Positions 37,872 through 50,500 of a DNA stretch of 64,000 bases are shown piece after piece. Made by a program: the position numbers and the translations under genes. The stretch lies in NCBI GenBank assembly GCA_030390025.1, contig CM059425.1, forward strand, positions 175,896,001 through 175,960,000, in the 5' to 3' direction. The DNA is from Squalus acanthias (taxonomy: Eukaryota). How positions within the stretch are numbered: position 1 is the stretch's first letter; the number at the start of each line of letters is the position of its first letter. The notes beneath the pieces were generated by a model, which worked only from the letters and a program-made list of their open reading frames with translations, ran no database searches and was not told the DNA's origin.

Positions 37872-39878
37872 GGCATATCCCTCACTCTACCATAACCACC
37901 AAGCCAGGGGACCAACCCTGGTTCAATAAGGAGTGTAGAAGAGCATGCCGGGAGCAGCACCAGGCGTACCTAAAAATGAGGTGCCAACCTGGGGAAGTTG
38001 CAACACAGGACTACATGCATGCTAAAAAGTGGAAGCAGCATGCTATAGACAGGGCTAAGCGATCCCACAATCAACGGATCAGATCAAAGCTCTGCAGTCC
38101 TGCCACATCCAGTCGTGAATGGTGGTGGACCATTAAACAACTAACGGGAGGAGGAGGCGTCATGAACATCCCTATCTTCAATGATGGTCGAGCCCAGCAC
38201 GTGAGTGCAAAAGACAAGGCTGAAGCGTTTGCAACGATCTTCTCCCAGAAGTGCTGAGTGGATGATCCATATCGGCCTACTCCCGAGGTCCCCACCATCA
38301 CAGAAGCCAGTCTTCAGCCAATTCAATTCACTCCATGTGATAACAAGAAACGGCTGAGCGCACTGGATACAGGAAAGGCTATGGGCCCTGACAACATCAC
38401 GGCTATCGTGCTGAAGACTTGTGCTCCAGAACTAGCCGCGCCTCTAGCCAAGCTGTTCCAGTACAGCTACAACACTGGCATCTATCCGACAATGTGGAAA
38501 ACTGCCCAGGTATGTCCTGTCCACAAAAAGCAGGACAAATCCAATCCGGCCAATTACCACCTCATCAGTCTACTCTCAATCATCAGCAAAGTGATGGAAG
38601 GTGTCATCGACAGTGCTATCAAGCGGCACCTACTTACCAATAACCTGCTCACTGATGCCCAGTTTGGGTTCCGCCAAGACCACTCGGCTCCCGACCTCAT
38701 TACAGCCTTGGTCCGAATATGGACAAAGGAGCTGAATTCCAGAGGTGAGGTGAGTTGAGAGTGACTGTCCTTGACATCAAGGCAGCATTTGATCGAGTGT
38801 GGCATCAAGGAGCCCTAGTAAAACTGAAGTCAATGAGAATCAGAGGAAAACACTCCACTGGCTGGAGTCATACCTAGCACAAAGGAAGATGGTTGTGGTG
38901 ATTGAAGGTCAGTCATCACAGCCCCAGGACATTGCTGCAGGAGTTCCTCAGGGCAGTGTCCTAGGCCCAACCATCTTCAGCTGCTTCATCAATGACCTTC
39001 CCTCCAACATAAGGTCAGAAATGGGGATGTTTGCTGATGACTGCACAGTGTTCAGCGCCATTCACAACTCCTCAGATAATGAAGCAGTGCATGCCCGCAT
39101 GCAACAAGACCTGGACGACGTTCAGGCTTGGGCTGATAAGTGGCAGGTAACATTCGCACCACAGAAGTGCCAGGCAATGACTATCTCCAACAAGCGAGAG
39201 TTTAACCACCGCCCCATGACATTCAACGGCATTACCATCACCGAAATCCCTAACCATCAACATCCTGGGGGTCACCATTGACCAGAAACTTAACTGGACC
39301 AGCCACATAAATACTGTGGCAACAAGAGCAGGTCAGAGGCTCGGTATTCTGCGGTGAGTGTGTCACCTCCTGACTCCCCAATGCCTTTCCACCATCTACA
39401 AGGCACAAGTAAGGAGTGTGATGGAATACTCTCCACTTGCCTGGACGAGTGCAGCTCCAACAACACTCAAGAAGCTCGACACCATCCAGGACAAAGCAGC
39501 CCGTTTGATTGGCACCCCATCCACCACCTTAAACATTCACTCCCTCCAGCTGTGGCTGCAGTGTGTACCGCCTGTTTGATTGGCAACTCTTCCACCTAGA
39601 AGGACAAGGGCAGCAGGCGCATGGGAACACCAACACCTCCAAGTTCCCCTCCAAGTCACACACCATCCTGACTTAGAAGTATATCGCCGATCCTTCATCG
39701 TCACTGGGCCAAAATCTTGGAACTCCCTACCTAACAGCACTGTGGGAGTAGCATCACCACACAGACTGCAGCCGTTCAAGAAGGCGGCTCACCACCACCT
39801 TCTCAAGGGCAACTAGGGATGGACAATAAATGCTGGCATTGCCAGCGACGCCCACATCCCACAAACGAATAAAAAAAT
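37872..39878 (+). mobile_element. 5'-truncated non-LTR retrotransposon (second family), degraded ORF2
   Basis: DQPWFN, KAMGPD, QFGFR, GVPQGSVLGP and MFADD across frameshifted ORFs. Ends in aacgaataaaaaaa. Confidence 0.85.
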
Positions 39879-39879
39879 T

Positions 39880-42030
39880 GCTGCCATGAGTCTTTCATCC
39901 TTCGCCAGTCCAGCCTCTCTCAGTTCTTCGCTCCTCCAAACAGACTTTCTGGCTGGCTGCGTGGAGACAAGGGCTATCCACTGAAGACATGGCTCATGAC
40001 ACCCTTGAGGAGGCCACGAACTGAGGCCGAGGAGAAGTATAATGAAAGCCACATTTCCATTAGACGTATCATAATGCAGACAATAGGCATGCTGAAAATA
40101 CGCTTCAGATAGCTTGACAGATCTGGAGGAGCCCTTCAGTACGCACCAGCCAGGGTCTCCAGAATCATCGTGGTCTGCTGAGCCCTGCACAACATAGTGC
40201 AGCAGCAAGGATTAGCACTACATGTGGATCAAGGCTGAGTGCACAGCCTATTCAGAGAAGGAGGAGCAGGAGGAGGAGGAGAAGGAGCAGGAGGAACCAG
40301 CAGGCCAGGTCCCCCCAGCACCCGAGCACATTGCTGCCCGGGAGGCCAGGGATGGGCTCATCATGGCCAGATTTACTTAACTTTTGACAGTACACCCATA
40401 TGGCTGCCACATGCTGTGCCAGGTTGGCATCACCCCACAGCAACATCATATAGCATCCCTACAATGACCAAGCCATTCCTTTCACACTGACCACCATTAC
40501 TGGAGGTAACATTATTTTTCACCATTCACTCCAAGTCACTAAGCCACTTCCAAAGGTGCACACAAATTTGTCCAAGACAAAGCTTTTTATGTGTGACATC
40601 ACACTAATGGAAACTTTACAGAAACATTGAATAAAACACCCAAGTGGCTACCCTTGTGAATCTACTTGTGTGTCATCTTTCTCTTATGCATGCTTCTATG
40701 AGGTGCTACCCCTGTGCTTTCAGCAGAGGTAGAGGCAGCCAGCTCACTTCCCTGCTACGACTGCTTAAACACTCCCTGCTATGACTGCTTAAACACTCTT
40801 GGCGGACGTCCTCTGGGTTTTGGAGTCTCAAATGGCCCCGCCAAAGTCTGCTCCTCCTGCGACAATGTAGGGGAGGGCCTTGATGGACCTATGGGAGAGT
40901 AAACAGATGAATTAGATATGTCATATGAAGAATGGTTCAGATACCATTATGCACATGATGACCATTCAGTGGCTGATGACATCAGCCCCCATATGAGTGA
41001 CTGCTGTATGCCATGTGGCTGTATGAGATGTAATTCTGTCACCAGGTTGCTGAGATGTCCCCCTCTCTCCGTCTCCCACCTCCAGCTGCTCAGCGACTCC
41101 CGAAATTTCTAAGGCAGCCTCCTCTGCTGTTGTTAGGGTCGCCAATGATGGTGTTCCACCTCCGGTTCATCCCTCTCCCTCTTATTGTGGGCTCTCTTTT
41201 CCTGGAAGGAGGGAAAGAAGACAAGGTTGAGTGAGAGTGATGGAATGAGTGTAAGGAATGAATGGGTTACATCTTTGGAGGGAGACTATGATGGAGTGGG
41301 GTGCCAAAGTCAAATGGCCTCCTTGTGTGTTGTTAGTTGCTATGATTGCATTAGGATGAGTACGAGTGTGAGCGGTGGCTAGTCAGATGGGGATGTGAGT
41401 ATGTAGATAGAAAGAGAGTGATGGGTAGACATGCAAGGTATGTTGGTGTGAGTAAAGATGTGCAGGAGCAGGGTTGGGATGGCAGATTGATGGGAATGTG
41501 ATGAGAGGCACAGCAGGATGAAGTTGAGTGTGACTTTATACTCACCTTTCCTGATCTAATGAGATCATTGAAACGTTTGAGGCTATTATTTGGAGCCAGG
41601 CTCTTTTGGTCTCTTTTGGTCTTCCGCCCATTAGAAGGGAAGAGGACCTCCCTGCATGCTCTGACTCCCTCCACAAGCATATGGAGATTGTCATCGGAGA
41701 ACCTGGGTGTAGCCCTCTGTCTTTGTGCAGTTATGTTTGGCACTCTTTGCAGCAGTCCAATTGTGCAGTGTGCTGCCTACACACTCCTAGATGAACCTTC
41801 AAATGCAATGTGGCCATGGCTCCTTTAAATACCCTGGCTAAAAAAACATCATCAATGACGTCATCAAACCCGCACCATTTAATAGGGCCAGGTAACGTGC
41901 AAGACGGGCTTAATAGGCCCCATTAAGGCAAATTCAATCTGAGGAGTGAGATGGAATCAACAACAGGGTCATGTCCTGCCACGGTGACTGCCCGCACCCG
42001 ACCCGCCCAGGTAAACAACATTTCGGCCTT
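39880..42030. mobile_element. Decayed Harbinger transposon (transposase C-terminus on +, Myb-like remnant on -)
   Basis: [15 protein letters not shown] and GGALQY on the plus strand (39950-40200). RFSDDNLHMLVEGV...KRFNDL in ORF 41351..41743 on the minus strand. Confidence 0.7.
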
Positions 42031-43119
42031 CATTTCTGGCCCATAGACAGTCTCTGTCTATATTAATACAAAAATACATTCCAACACATAAGAGACAAAA
42101 AAATATTGGTTTTAAGTTAATTGACGCACTACTTAATGCTTTGCCTTAAGTGTTTGAACTAAACTGCACTGAAATGTCCACGCGTGTGCTTTGCAGTGCT
42201 TAAGATTTTTCCTCTGCAGCTATAAGAACATAAGAACATAAGACATAGGAGCAGGAGTAGGTCATTTGGCCCCTTGAGCTTGATCCGCCATTCAATAAGA
42301 TCATGGCTGATCTGATCTTGGCCTCAATTTCACTTCCCTGCCTGCTCCCCATAACCCTTGACTCCCTTACCTTTCAAAAATCTGTCTATCTCCACCTGAA
42401 ATATATTCAATGACCCAGCCTCCACAGCTCTCTGGGGAAGAGAATTCCAAAGATTCACGACCCTCTGAGAGAAGAAATTCCTCTTCATTTCGATTTAAAA
42501 GGGTGCCCCCTTATTCTGAAATCATGCCACCTAGTTCTAGATTCCCCCACGAGGGGAAACATCCTCTCTGCATCTACCCTGTCAAGCCCCTTCAGAATCT
42601 TATGGGGGAAAAATTCAGTTGGTTGCGCCTCCCGTTAGCGCCTTAAGAGGGCGCTAATGGGGCGCAAAGCAGCTAGCGCCTGGGCGCAGCGATGTTTGCG
42701 CCGCTCGCGAACTTAACTAGACATTTTGCGGCGGCGCTAAAATTTACCGGCGCGATCTCCTGCGCACGCAGATCTTGACGTCATACGAGGGTGCAACGCC
42801 CTTGTGGCGCCCCGGAGCTGAAATTGAGTGGCGCCCCCATCCTTTCCGCCTGGCGCATCCAACGACCGGAAGACTGGAACGCTATCAGTCGCTGTGGGGC
42901 TGGGGGGGGGGGGGCGCTATTTAAAGGGGGCCTCTTCCTGTCTTTCTCTGTGGTTGACATTTTTGCACCACTCGTTCTGAGAGAGAGAGAGAGATTCGGA
43001 GAGAGAGAAAGAGAGACTTCTGCATTGAGTCAACGCTGTGTGAGGTACTTTTGGCTACTGATCATAACTTGGCAGGTACTTTGGTTTTTGGCCTTCATAA
43101 CTTTGCTTGCTAAGAGACT

Positions 43120-44151
43120 ATGGGGGCTGCACTGATTGGGGGCGTCGTCCTGTGCCAGCTGAATCGGAGGACACAGAGACGCAGAGAGAGAGTGGCAATG
43201 ATGGCCAGACAGAGGAGGGCCAACAGGCGTCTGTACAGGAGAGCTTACCCTCCCAGGGTATATCGTGAACAGCTCTCCTACATTCATATGTCTGAGGAGC
43301 AGTGTTTGCGAAGGCTGCGCTTCAGCAAGGAGGTGGTCACTGAGCTCTGCCACCTGCTGCAGCCAGATCTGCAGCCTCAACTGAGGTCCAGGACGTCTCT
43401 CTCGGTGGCAGTGAAGATTACAGTGGCTCTGAACTTTTATGCTACTGGCTCATTTCAATCTGCTGCTGGGGACATCGCCAATATCTCCCAGTTCGCAGTG
43501 CATTGCTGCATCCGTCACGTCACAAATACCCTCTTTAAAAGGAGACGAGAGTACATCTCTTTCCCCATGACCCCAGACAAGCAGCATGAACGCGCTCTGG
43601 GCTTTGCCAGGATAGCGGGCTTCCCCATGGTGCAGGGCGCCATTGACTGCACGCATGTGGCTTTGCGTGCTCCGCATGTGAATGCCGAGGATTTCCGGAA
43701 CAGAAAGGGGTTCCATTCCTTGAATGTTCAGTTGGTCTGTGACCACAGACAGCTGATACTCGCTGTCAATGCCCACTATCCTGGCAGCTGCCACGATGCT
43801 TTCATCCTGCGCCAGACTACTGTGGCAGAACTTTTCGAGGCACCGCATCAGCCAGTTGGTTGGCTTCTCGGGGACAAGGGGTATCCACTGAGCACCTGGC
43901 TGATGACACCGCTCCGTACGCCCAACACCCCTGCTGAGCTGCGGTACAACGAGAGCCATCAAGCTACCAGGAACATCGTTGAGCACACAATCGGCGTGCT
44001 GAAGCAACGGTTCCGCTGTCTGGACCATTCTGGAGGAGCCCTGCAGTACTCGCCTGAGCGAGTTTCCCACTTCGTAGTTGTGTGCTGCATGCTGCATAAC
44101 ATGGCAATCCTCAGGACCCAGCCAATGCCACTAGGCCCTTGGAGCACCATC

Positions 44152-44182
<31 letters not shown>

Positions 44183-44193
44183 GAGGAGGATGA
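43120..44193 (+). CDS. Harbinger DDE transposase (HARBI1-like); probable 1-nt frameshift near 44135 alters the C-terminus
   Basis: GAIDCTHV, FRNRKGFHSLNVQ, YPGSCHDAFIL, LLGDKGY, RNIVEHTIGVLKQRFRCL and CCMLHN. An acidic tract and RLIASRF* lie in another frame ending at 44281. Confidence 0.9.
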
Positions 44194-44595
44194 TCATCAG
44201 CAGCACCAAGGCGGGAGGGCGGCCCACAATGTTGAATCTGCCAGGGCCGTCTGTCAACGGCTGATAGCAAGCCGCTTCTAGGCCCCTGCTGAGGAAATGG
44301 CTTCTGCCATTGAGAACAACATGAATGAAACCAACCCGCAACCCCTAAGCCGACCAAGGCAGTAATGATTCCAAAGACCAAACATGTACATTTTGAATAC
44401 AAAAACTTATTTATTTTACAAACTCTATTATGTGTGTCATTTCTTCATGACAAACTAATAGAAAGAAATACAAAAAAACAGTCATTAACATAACTGGTTC
44501 TCACAACCTGGAGATAATGTCCAAAACACTAAACAAAAGTTTAAACACGAACCTCGGCCTTTAATAAAAAATTGACAAACATTTTGTCACACCTC

Positions 44596-47500
44596 CTACT
44601 TTTTGCCCTTCGAGGGTGATCTCCTTCCCTTGCGCACTTCCCCCCTTCCCACCCTACTGCTCCTCCGTAATGGGACCTCAATGGCTGCCGCAAGGCTGGT
44701 GGAAGGCTGCTGATTCTCATAACCTGAGACTGCAGATGCCCTTGAAGGACGGCCTCGACCAGCTCTGGGCCTGGAGGGCCCGGCTGCAGACTGCACCAAC
44801 TCTGCATGGACGGCAGCAGTCTGTCGTACAGGCGGTGACAAGTGCAGTGGAGAAGTGACAGTGGTGGCAGCAGGAATGCTGTCATCTTGAGAGAGGACAG
44901 CAACTCCCTGCTCGACCGACACACTGGTACTCCCACGGGGCAGCACTTCAGCATCCGGAGCAATCTGCTGGAGCACAGATTGCTGGCCTGCTGCGGCGCG
45001 GTGAGAGCCCCGGGGAAATGTGTATGAACCATCGAGGATGGCAGCAGTCAGTGCTTGCGTGACCTCAATCTGAGTCTGCATGACAGCAGTCTGAGACTGA
45101 ATTGCAGCACTAAGCTTTAGCGTGGCATCCGCCTGTGCTACAGCGAAGTGCTCCACACTCCTTGCCAGTGATTCAATGCATTCGGGCACCCTTCCCACTG
45201 CACCCATGAGCTCAGTGAGCATGTCCACCGCCTGGGTGTTCATTTCAGCGATGAGCCGCTCCTCCTCTGCGTCCAGTGCAGCAGGACTCGCTGGCCTACT
45301 CTCCCTCCGGGGAGAAGGCCCCCGAGCTTCCCTATCCCCATCGCGTTGCTGCAGCCCGCTGGGTCCTGGAGCTTCACCCTCATCAGACCCTTCCCCCCTG
45401 CTCCCCTCCAGGGAAGACGTGTTCCCAGTGTGGGCATGGGCTTCCTCGGGAGAGGGTGGCACTGATGCTCCGCCTTCGTCTTCCTCCTCGCCTGCAGCTT
45501 CACTCCCACTGGCAGCTTGAAGGCCCGTCTCCTCAGCTGGTGAATCACCATCTGAAAGCAGGGAGGTTCAAGAGTGGCTTTAGCATGAGGACAGGGTGGC
45601 AGTAAGGGAGGAATGAGTGCAGCGATTTAGTAAGTTGGATTGAAAGTGTCAAAGGCTGGTGTTGTGAGGGACAAGTGGAAGGACAGAGGACAAAAAGGTG
45701 ATGACCTTACCATTGCTGTCCAGAACGGGGTCGGCGTCTCCAGTGGCGACGGGACCGATCACCCGGCTTGCCACAATCCTGTGGACGCGCGCCTCAAGAT
45801 CGCTGAGGGGTTGCAGCTGAGGCCGCCCTCCACCCGTCCATTGCTGCTGTCTCCTATTATGAGACAGCTTGGCCTGCAAGAAAAAGGACGACGTCTGAGT
45901 AAATATACAGCCATGATCTTGCCTGATGTGCCTCCCATAGGTGAATAGCCCTTACTGTATGCAGCCATGGTCTTGCCTGATGTGCCTCCCTGTAGAATTC
46001 GCAATATATCGCGATTTTATTAATAAGGAGAAAACACAGAGTTTCGTTCAAACAGCTTTTATTTCAGCAGAATGCTGACAGGTTTAAAGTGGACACAAGC
46101 AGCCTGTAAAATGGCCGCCGCACCTCGTGACAGAACATTCTAGACTTTTCAACAGGCAGACAAGATGGCGTTCCAATAAACATTTGTGCAAGATCAATTA
46201 AGAGTCAGCACAGTGAAGATAATACACGAGACATTATGGGTTTGCAGTATACACATAAATACTGAAATCGGTCTCCCAGGTACAAAGGAAAGCCATTGTA
46301 CCGAGTAATCAAGGGCCCATCCAAAAGACATTAATATGTAAAATCCCAACGACTCTACGATGAGAGAGCCGTTAGCAGGTAGTTATACAGGACACTTGGA
46401 AGCCCCAAACCCCTCCAGGGAGAACACCGACCGATTTAACAATGGGAGAAATATTAACAGGTACTCAGACATTTACGAGTAGCCCCGAAACCCATTAAGA
46501 ACGGAGATCACCCATACAAGACATTTGAGCGCCAGACCTTAAACAAAAGAATGGACATTATAGTTGGGCGGGAAACGGAAGATTTTGCACTATAATTGCA
46601 GGCTCCAAACCGTCCATCTTTCTCTTGCTGCTCTTATCATCGTGGCTGCTCCTGTGTACTCGTAGTTGGGCTTCTGCTTGCCTGTTGCCTCTTCTGAAAA
46701 GACTGTTGAACTTTCTGATCCGTTCGGATCTACCTCGTGTCGCGTAACGAAGACCTATATTGGTAACCGGTATCGGAACCAAAAGGCCCGAGAAGAGATG
46801 AGATGAGATGAGATGAGAAGAGAGGAAGACCATATCCATCGCCACGGTCAGTAAATCCCGACCGCGCCTGTAGATCGATTAGCCAAGTTTTCCTTGCCAG
46901 GAAGACTTCTTCGAACTTATAACGAAACATATTGCATCGATGATAACTGGACTGTGCCCAAAGTAACTGGAATGTGAAAGCCACCAATACAGATCTTCAT
47001 CACAGCAGACGTTCCAGCCTGCTAGCCGGAGCAGCAGAAGCAAGTAAACAAGTGGGACCAGGAGATCTCCTGACCGACACGTGGGTGCTGCGGTGAAAAA
47101 CATCCGATCAGCTATTCGGAATTTCTCCGAGTTATCACGAGTGGTAAGCATGAGTCTCGAAATCCTACGAATCTAGTTTAGGATAGATATTGATAGGGGA
47201 GGGTTTAAGGATTAAGGATATTTGTAATGTGTGCCCCTATTTACTTTGTGCCGTTCGTTCCTCGTTTCCCTAAGATCGACTATATAACTGTTTGTAAGAT
47301 TGTACTGTCATTAATCTGTGCTTATGACATGTATTTCATAATCTTAAGTATCATGCAATAAAGATTTTCCACTTCGTACCATTCAAACCAAGTCTACATG
47401 AGTTTCATCTCCAGTACTGCTCTCGCATCTAAGTCCAGTGTCTAGAACCGTAAGGGAGAGTGATTCGAACCACTCACAGGTGTGTCTAGTGTTCCCAGAC

Positions 47501-50500
47501 TGGCTGGAGACCAGAACAGGCAACGAGGCCTAGACCCGCACTGACATACAGGCTGCACAGAGCCGCGTGAATCTCACAGGCTGCGAGACACGCAGGGTCA
47601 GAATCCCTTACAGAAAATGGCGACCGCGGCAGGACACTGGCAGCGAGAGGGTAGTGTGTTAGACTTTGGAATGACTGTACGAAATGTTATGCAGGAAAAG
47701 ATAGCAGATTATGTGTTTGGAAAGGTTAATCTAACTAAGAAATGGATAAGTGAATTGTTAGCGGATAAAAGTCCGCTAGAGGCAGCCGAAAGGTGGACAG
47801 ATAGTAAAGAACATAGAAAGACACTTGAGAAAGCAGTCTGGCTTATGTGTTACAAAAGGCAAGTTCAGATTTCAAACCAGACCATTACAGCGCTAGTAGC
47901 TCGAATCAGTCATTTAGAGGGAGAAATGGATGAGAAGGTTTCTGGAGGGGAGGTGCTCATTAAGAATTTAAATGAGTTACACCAAGAAAGCCAGGAAGTC
48001 TCCAGCCACCTTAAAACAAGGATAGATTATCTCGAGTGCCAGGTCACTGAGGCAAAATTGAATGAGAGCAGGTTAAAGGAAAGATGTAACCGCCAAGCTG
48101 CCCAGATAAGAACTCAAGAAGAGAGCTTAACGGGGGTTAGGGCGGCATATAAGTTGGCCCTTGAGGATAAGTTTCAGGGAGCCGATCATAGCGCCTGCCA
48201 AAGGGAGATAGAGCACCTCAAGAAGGCCGTAAACAATGCGAACGGCATGGTGTGCCTTATCAATCCGTCGGCACACCAGCCGCTAGTAAATGAGAGATTT
48301 AGAAAATCCCCACCAAGTAAAGCAGAAGAAGTAGTAGCCACTGCGCCCTCCGCGCCACCCAGCTATTCAGAAACCTGGGTTAGGGAGGAAGCAATGGAAG
48401 AAACAAAAGAGCCCATTGAAAAAGAAGTAGGAAAGGGATCGTTGTATCCAGTAACGGGTATTAAAAGGGGCCCAAGCAGGAACGGTGGGGAAGAACCGGG
48501 GGATCTCCTCGGACAGTTGGTGTTGCCTCACAGTTCACATCAGCTGAGAGCTATGATAAATCACGTACGGAAGCTGACCGAGGCAGACGACCCTTCCGTA
48601 CATTTCAGAGAAGTTGAGCAAGCCGCAGCCATTAACGGCTGCGATGATGGGGAAACAGCAAAAATGCTGCTGTTCTCATTAGACAGCTCGGTCCTTCAGT
48701 GTCTCTCAGGCGAGAGCAAGAGGGGAACCAAGAGTTATGAGGAATTAAAGAATGAGGTCCTAGAAGTGTTGGGGGCGAACGACGAAGGTCCGTTTGCTAG
48801 AGTGGGACAGACAGTGCAGATGGAGGGAGAACCCCCGAAGGTTTTTGCCGACAGGCTGTGGCCAGTATATGAGCGCAGCTGCCTAGGTGCGCCCGAGCGC
48901 GAAGATGTGGAAGGCACCGCTTTAACTCATTGGCTTAGGTGCATAATAGCCAACAGTTTACCAGCCGTCAGAGAGCAGGCAAAAGCATGGTTTGATCCCA
49001 ATGACCCCAACATTACGGAAGAGTCGGTCTTGAATCGACTCACGTTAGGTTATCGCAATATAAGGGGTATGGCAACACGTCCCCTTAAGGGAAGAGTACA
49101 TGAGGTACGACCCGCAGCCCCGTATCAAAGAGAGTGGCATCAGGAGGGTAATCGCGCCCCACAGGCAAGTAATGCTTGTTACGGGTGTGGGAAGACAGGG
49201 CACTGGCGCAAGCATTGCAGGAACCCTTGGAAGGATTCCAAGGATAAAAATCCCGCGGTCCGAGCCCAGGCGCCTGTCCCGGCTAGGGAAGCTAGTGCTC
49301 CCACCCCTCCCGACGACCTCGAAGCAGTGTTAGGAGCCATGCGCAAGCTGGTCTTGAATGCGCGTGGACAGGTGGCGGTCGCAACCGGCCCCGTAGGTGC
49401 CGCAGGACCGTCTAATAGTACCCCATGACTAGAACCGGCGCAGCCCGTCTACCTGTGTCCGCTTAGCTATGATGCGTGGAGGCGACCTGTGGTGGAGATG
49501 GAGGTAGAGAAACAGAAGGGTAGTTATTTGTTGGACACGGGAGCTTCTTGCACCATAATCCATACAGATAACCCTTTTGACTCGCCGCTATCTACCAAGG
49601 TCCCATTCACGTTAGCAGGGTTCACAGGAAAAGAACAGGCTGGCACGTTTTCCCTTCCGCTATCCATTCGTTTAGGAACACTTCGCCTTAAGTGGAAGTG
49701 TATACTGATGGCATGGCAAAAGGGGGGTGGAAGAGGTATTCTCGGGTCTGATCTCCTAGCGGGACACGGGATCCTCGTGGACCTCAGAAATCACTGTCTC
49801 TGGGGGGCTAAAGGTGAAAAAGGCGAGGTAATAGTGATTCCGGGGGAGGAAGAAACAGGGGTCCTGTGTACCGTACAGCCATCCGGAGGCTACGACCTCA
49901 GGCTTATGGTCGCAGATGTCCCAACGGACATGCAAACGTACGTGTCAGATAATATGTACGCGTTTGCAACCCACAAGCACGATTGTGGGAGAGTGGTCGG
50001 GTTTGAGGTCAGCGTAGATGGGGACCCCATGACCCGACCCCAAAAGCAGTATAACTTCCCCAAAGAAGCAGAACCTGATATGGAGACAGCAATGTCCTCC
50101 TTGGTGCAGCAGGGCGTGTTGAGGCCGATAGCCACACACGTGAACTCCCCATTATGGCCGGTTAGGAAGCCGGATAATTCGTGGAGAGCCACGGTGGACT
50201 ACAGAGTCCTTAACAGTAACATTCCCGCCTGCGCGCCCACGGTAGCAGCAGTTGCTGACCTAATAGGGAGCATCCCAGCGTCCGCGACCACGTTCACGGT
50301 GCTGGATATCTCGAACGGTTTTTGGTCCATCCCGCTGCGGCGAGAGGACCAGTACAAGTTTGCCTTTACTTTCAAAGGACAACAGTACACATGGAACTGT
50401 CTGCCACAGGGTTTCCACAATAGCCCCAGTATTTTCCATCAGTGTATGGCAGGAAGTTTAAAGGAGTTTAGTCAGCTCAATCAGATAGTACAGTATGTGG

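Noticed and set aside
37327..38257. Long repetitive ORFs, or a CRISPR-like array
   Set aside because: These are translations of a 25-bp minisatellite with no spacers, running into LINE sequence.
43120..44193. Domesticated host gene HARBI1
   Set aside because: It lies between TIRs with a TSD and a partner Myb gene inside a CR1, so it is a transposon copy.
46558..47151. Short antisense ORFs in the LTRs (also 18744..19612 and their LTR copies) as accessory genes
   Set aside because: They are not conserved between the two proviruses, partly translate microsatellites, and recur only because the LTRs are duplicated.
45991..47612. Hammerhead ribozyme in the long LTRs
   Set aside because: I found no CUGAUGA...GAAA core with supporting stems on either strand by eye.
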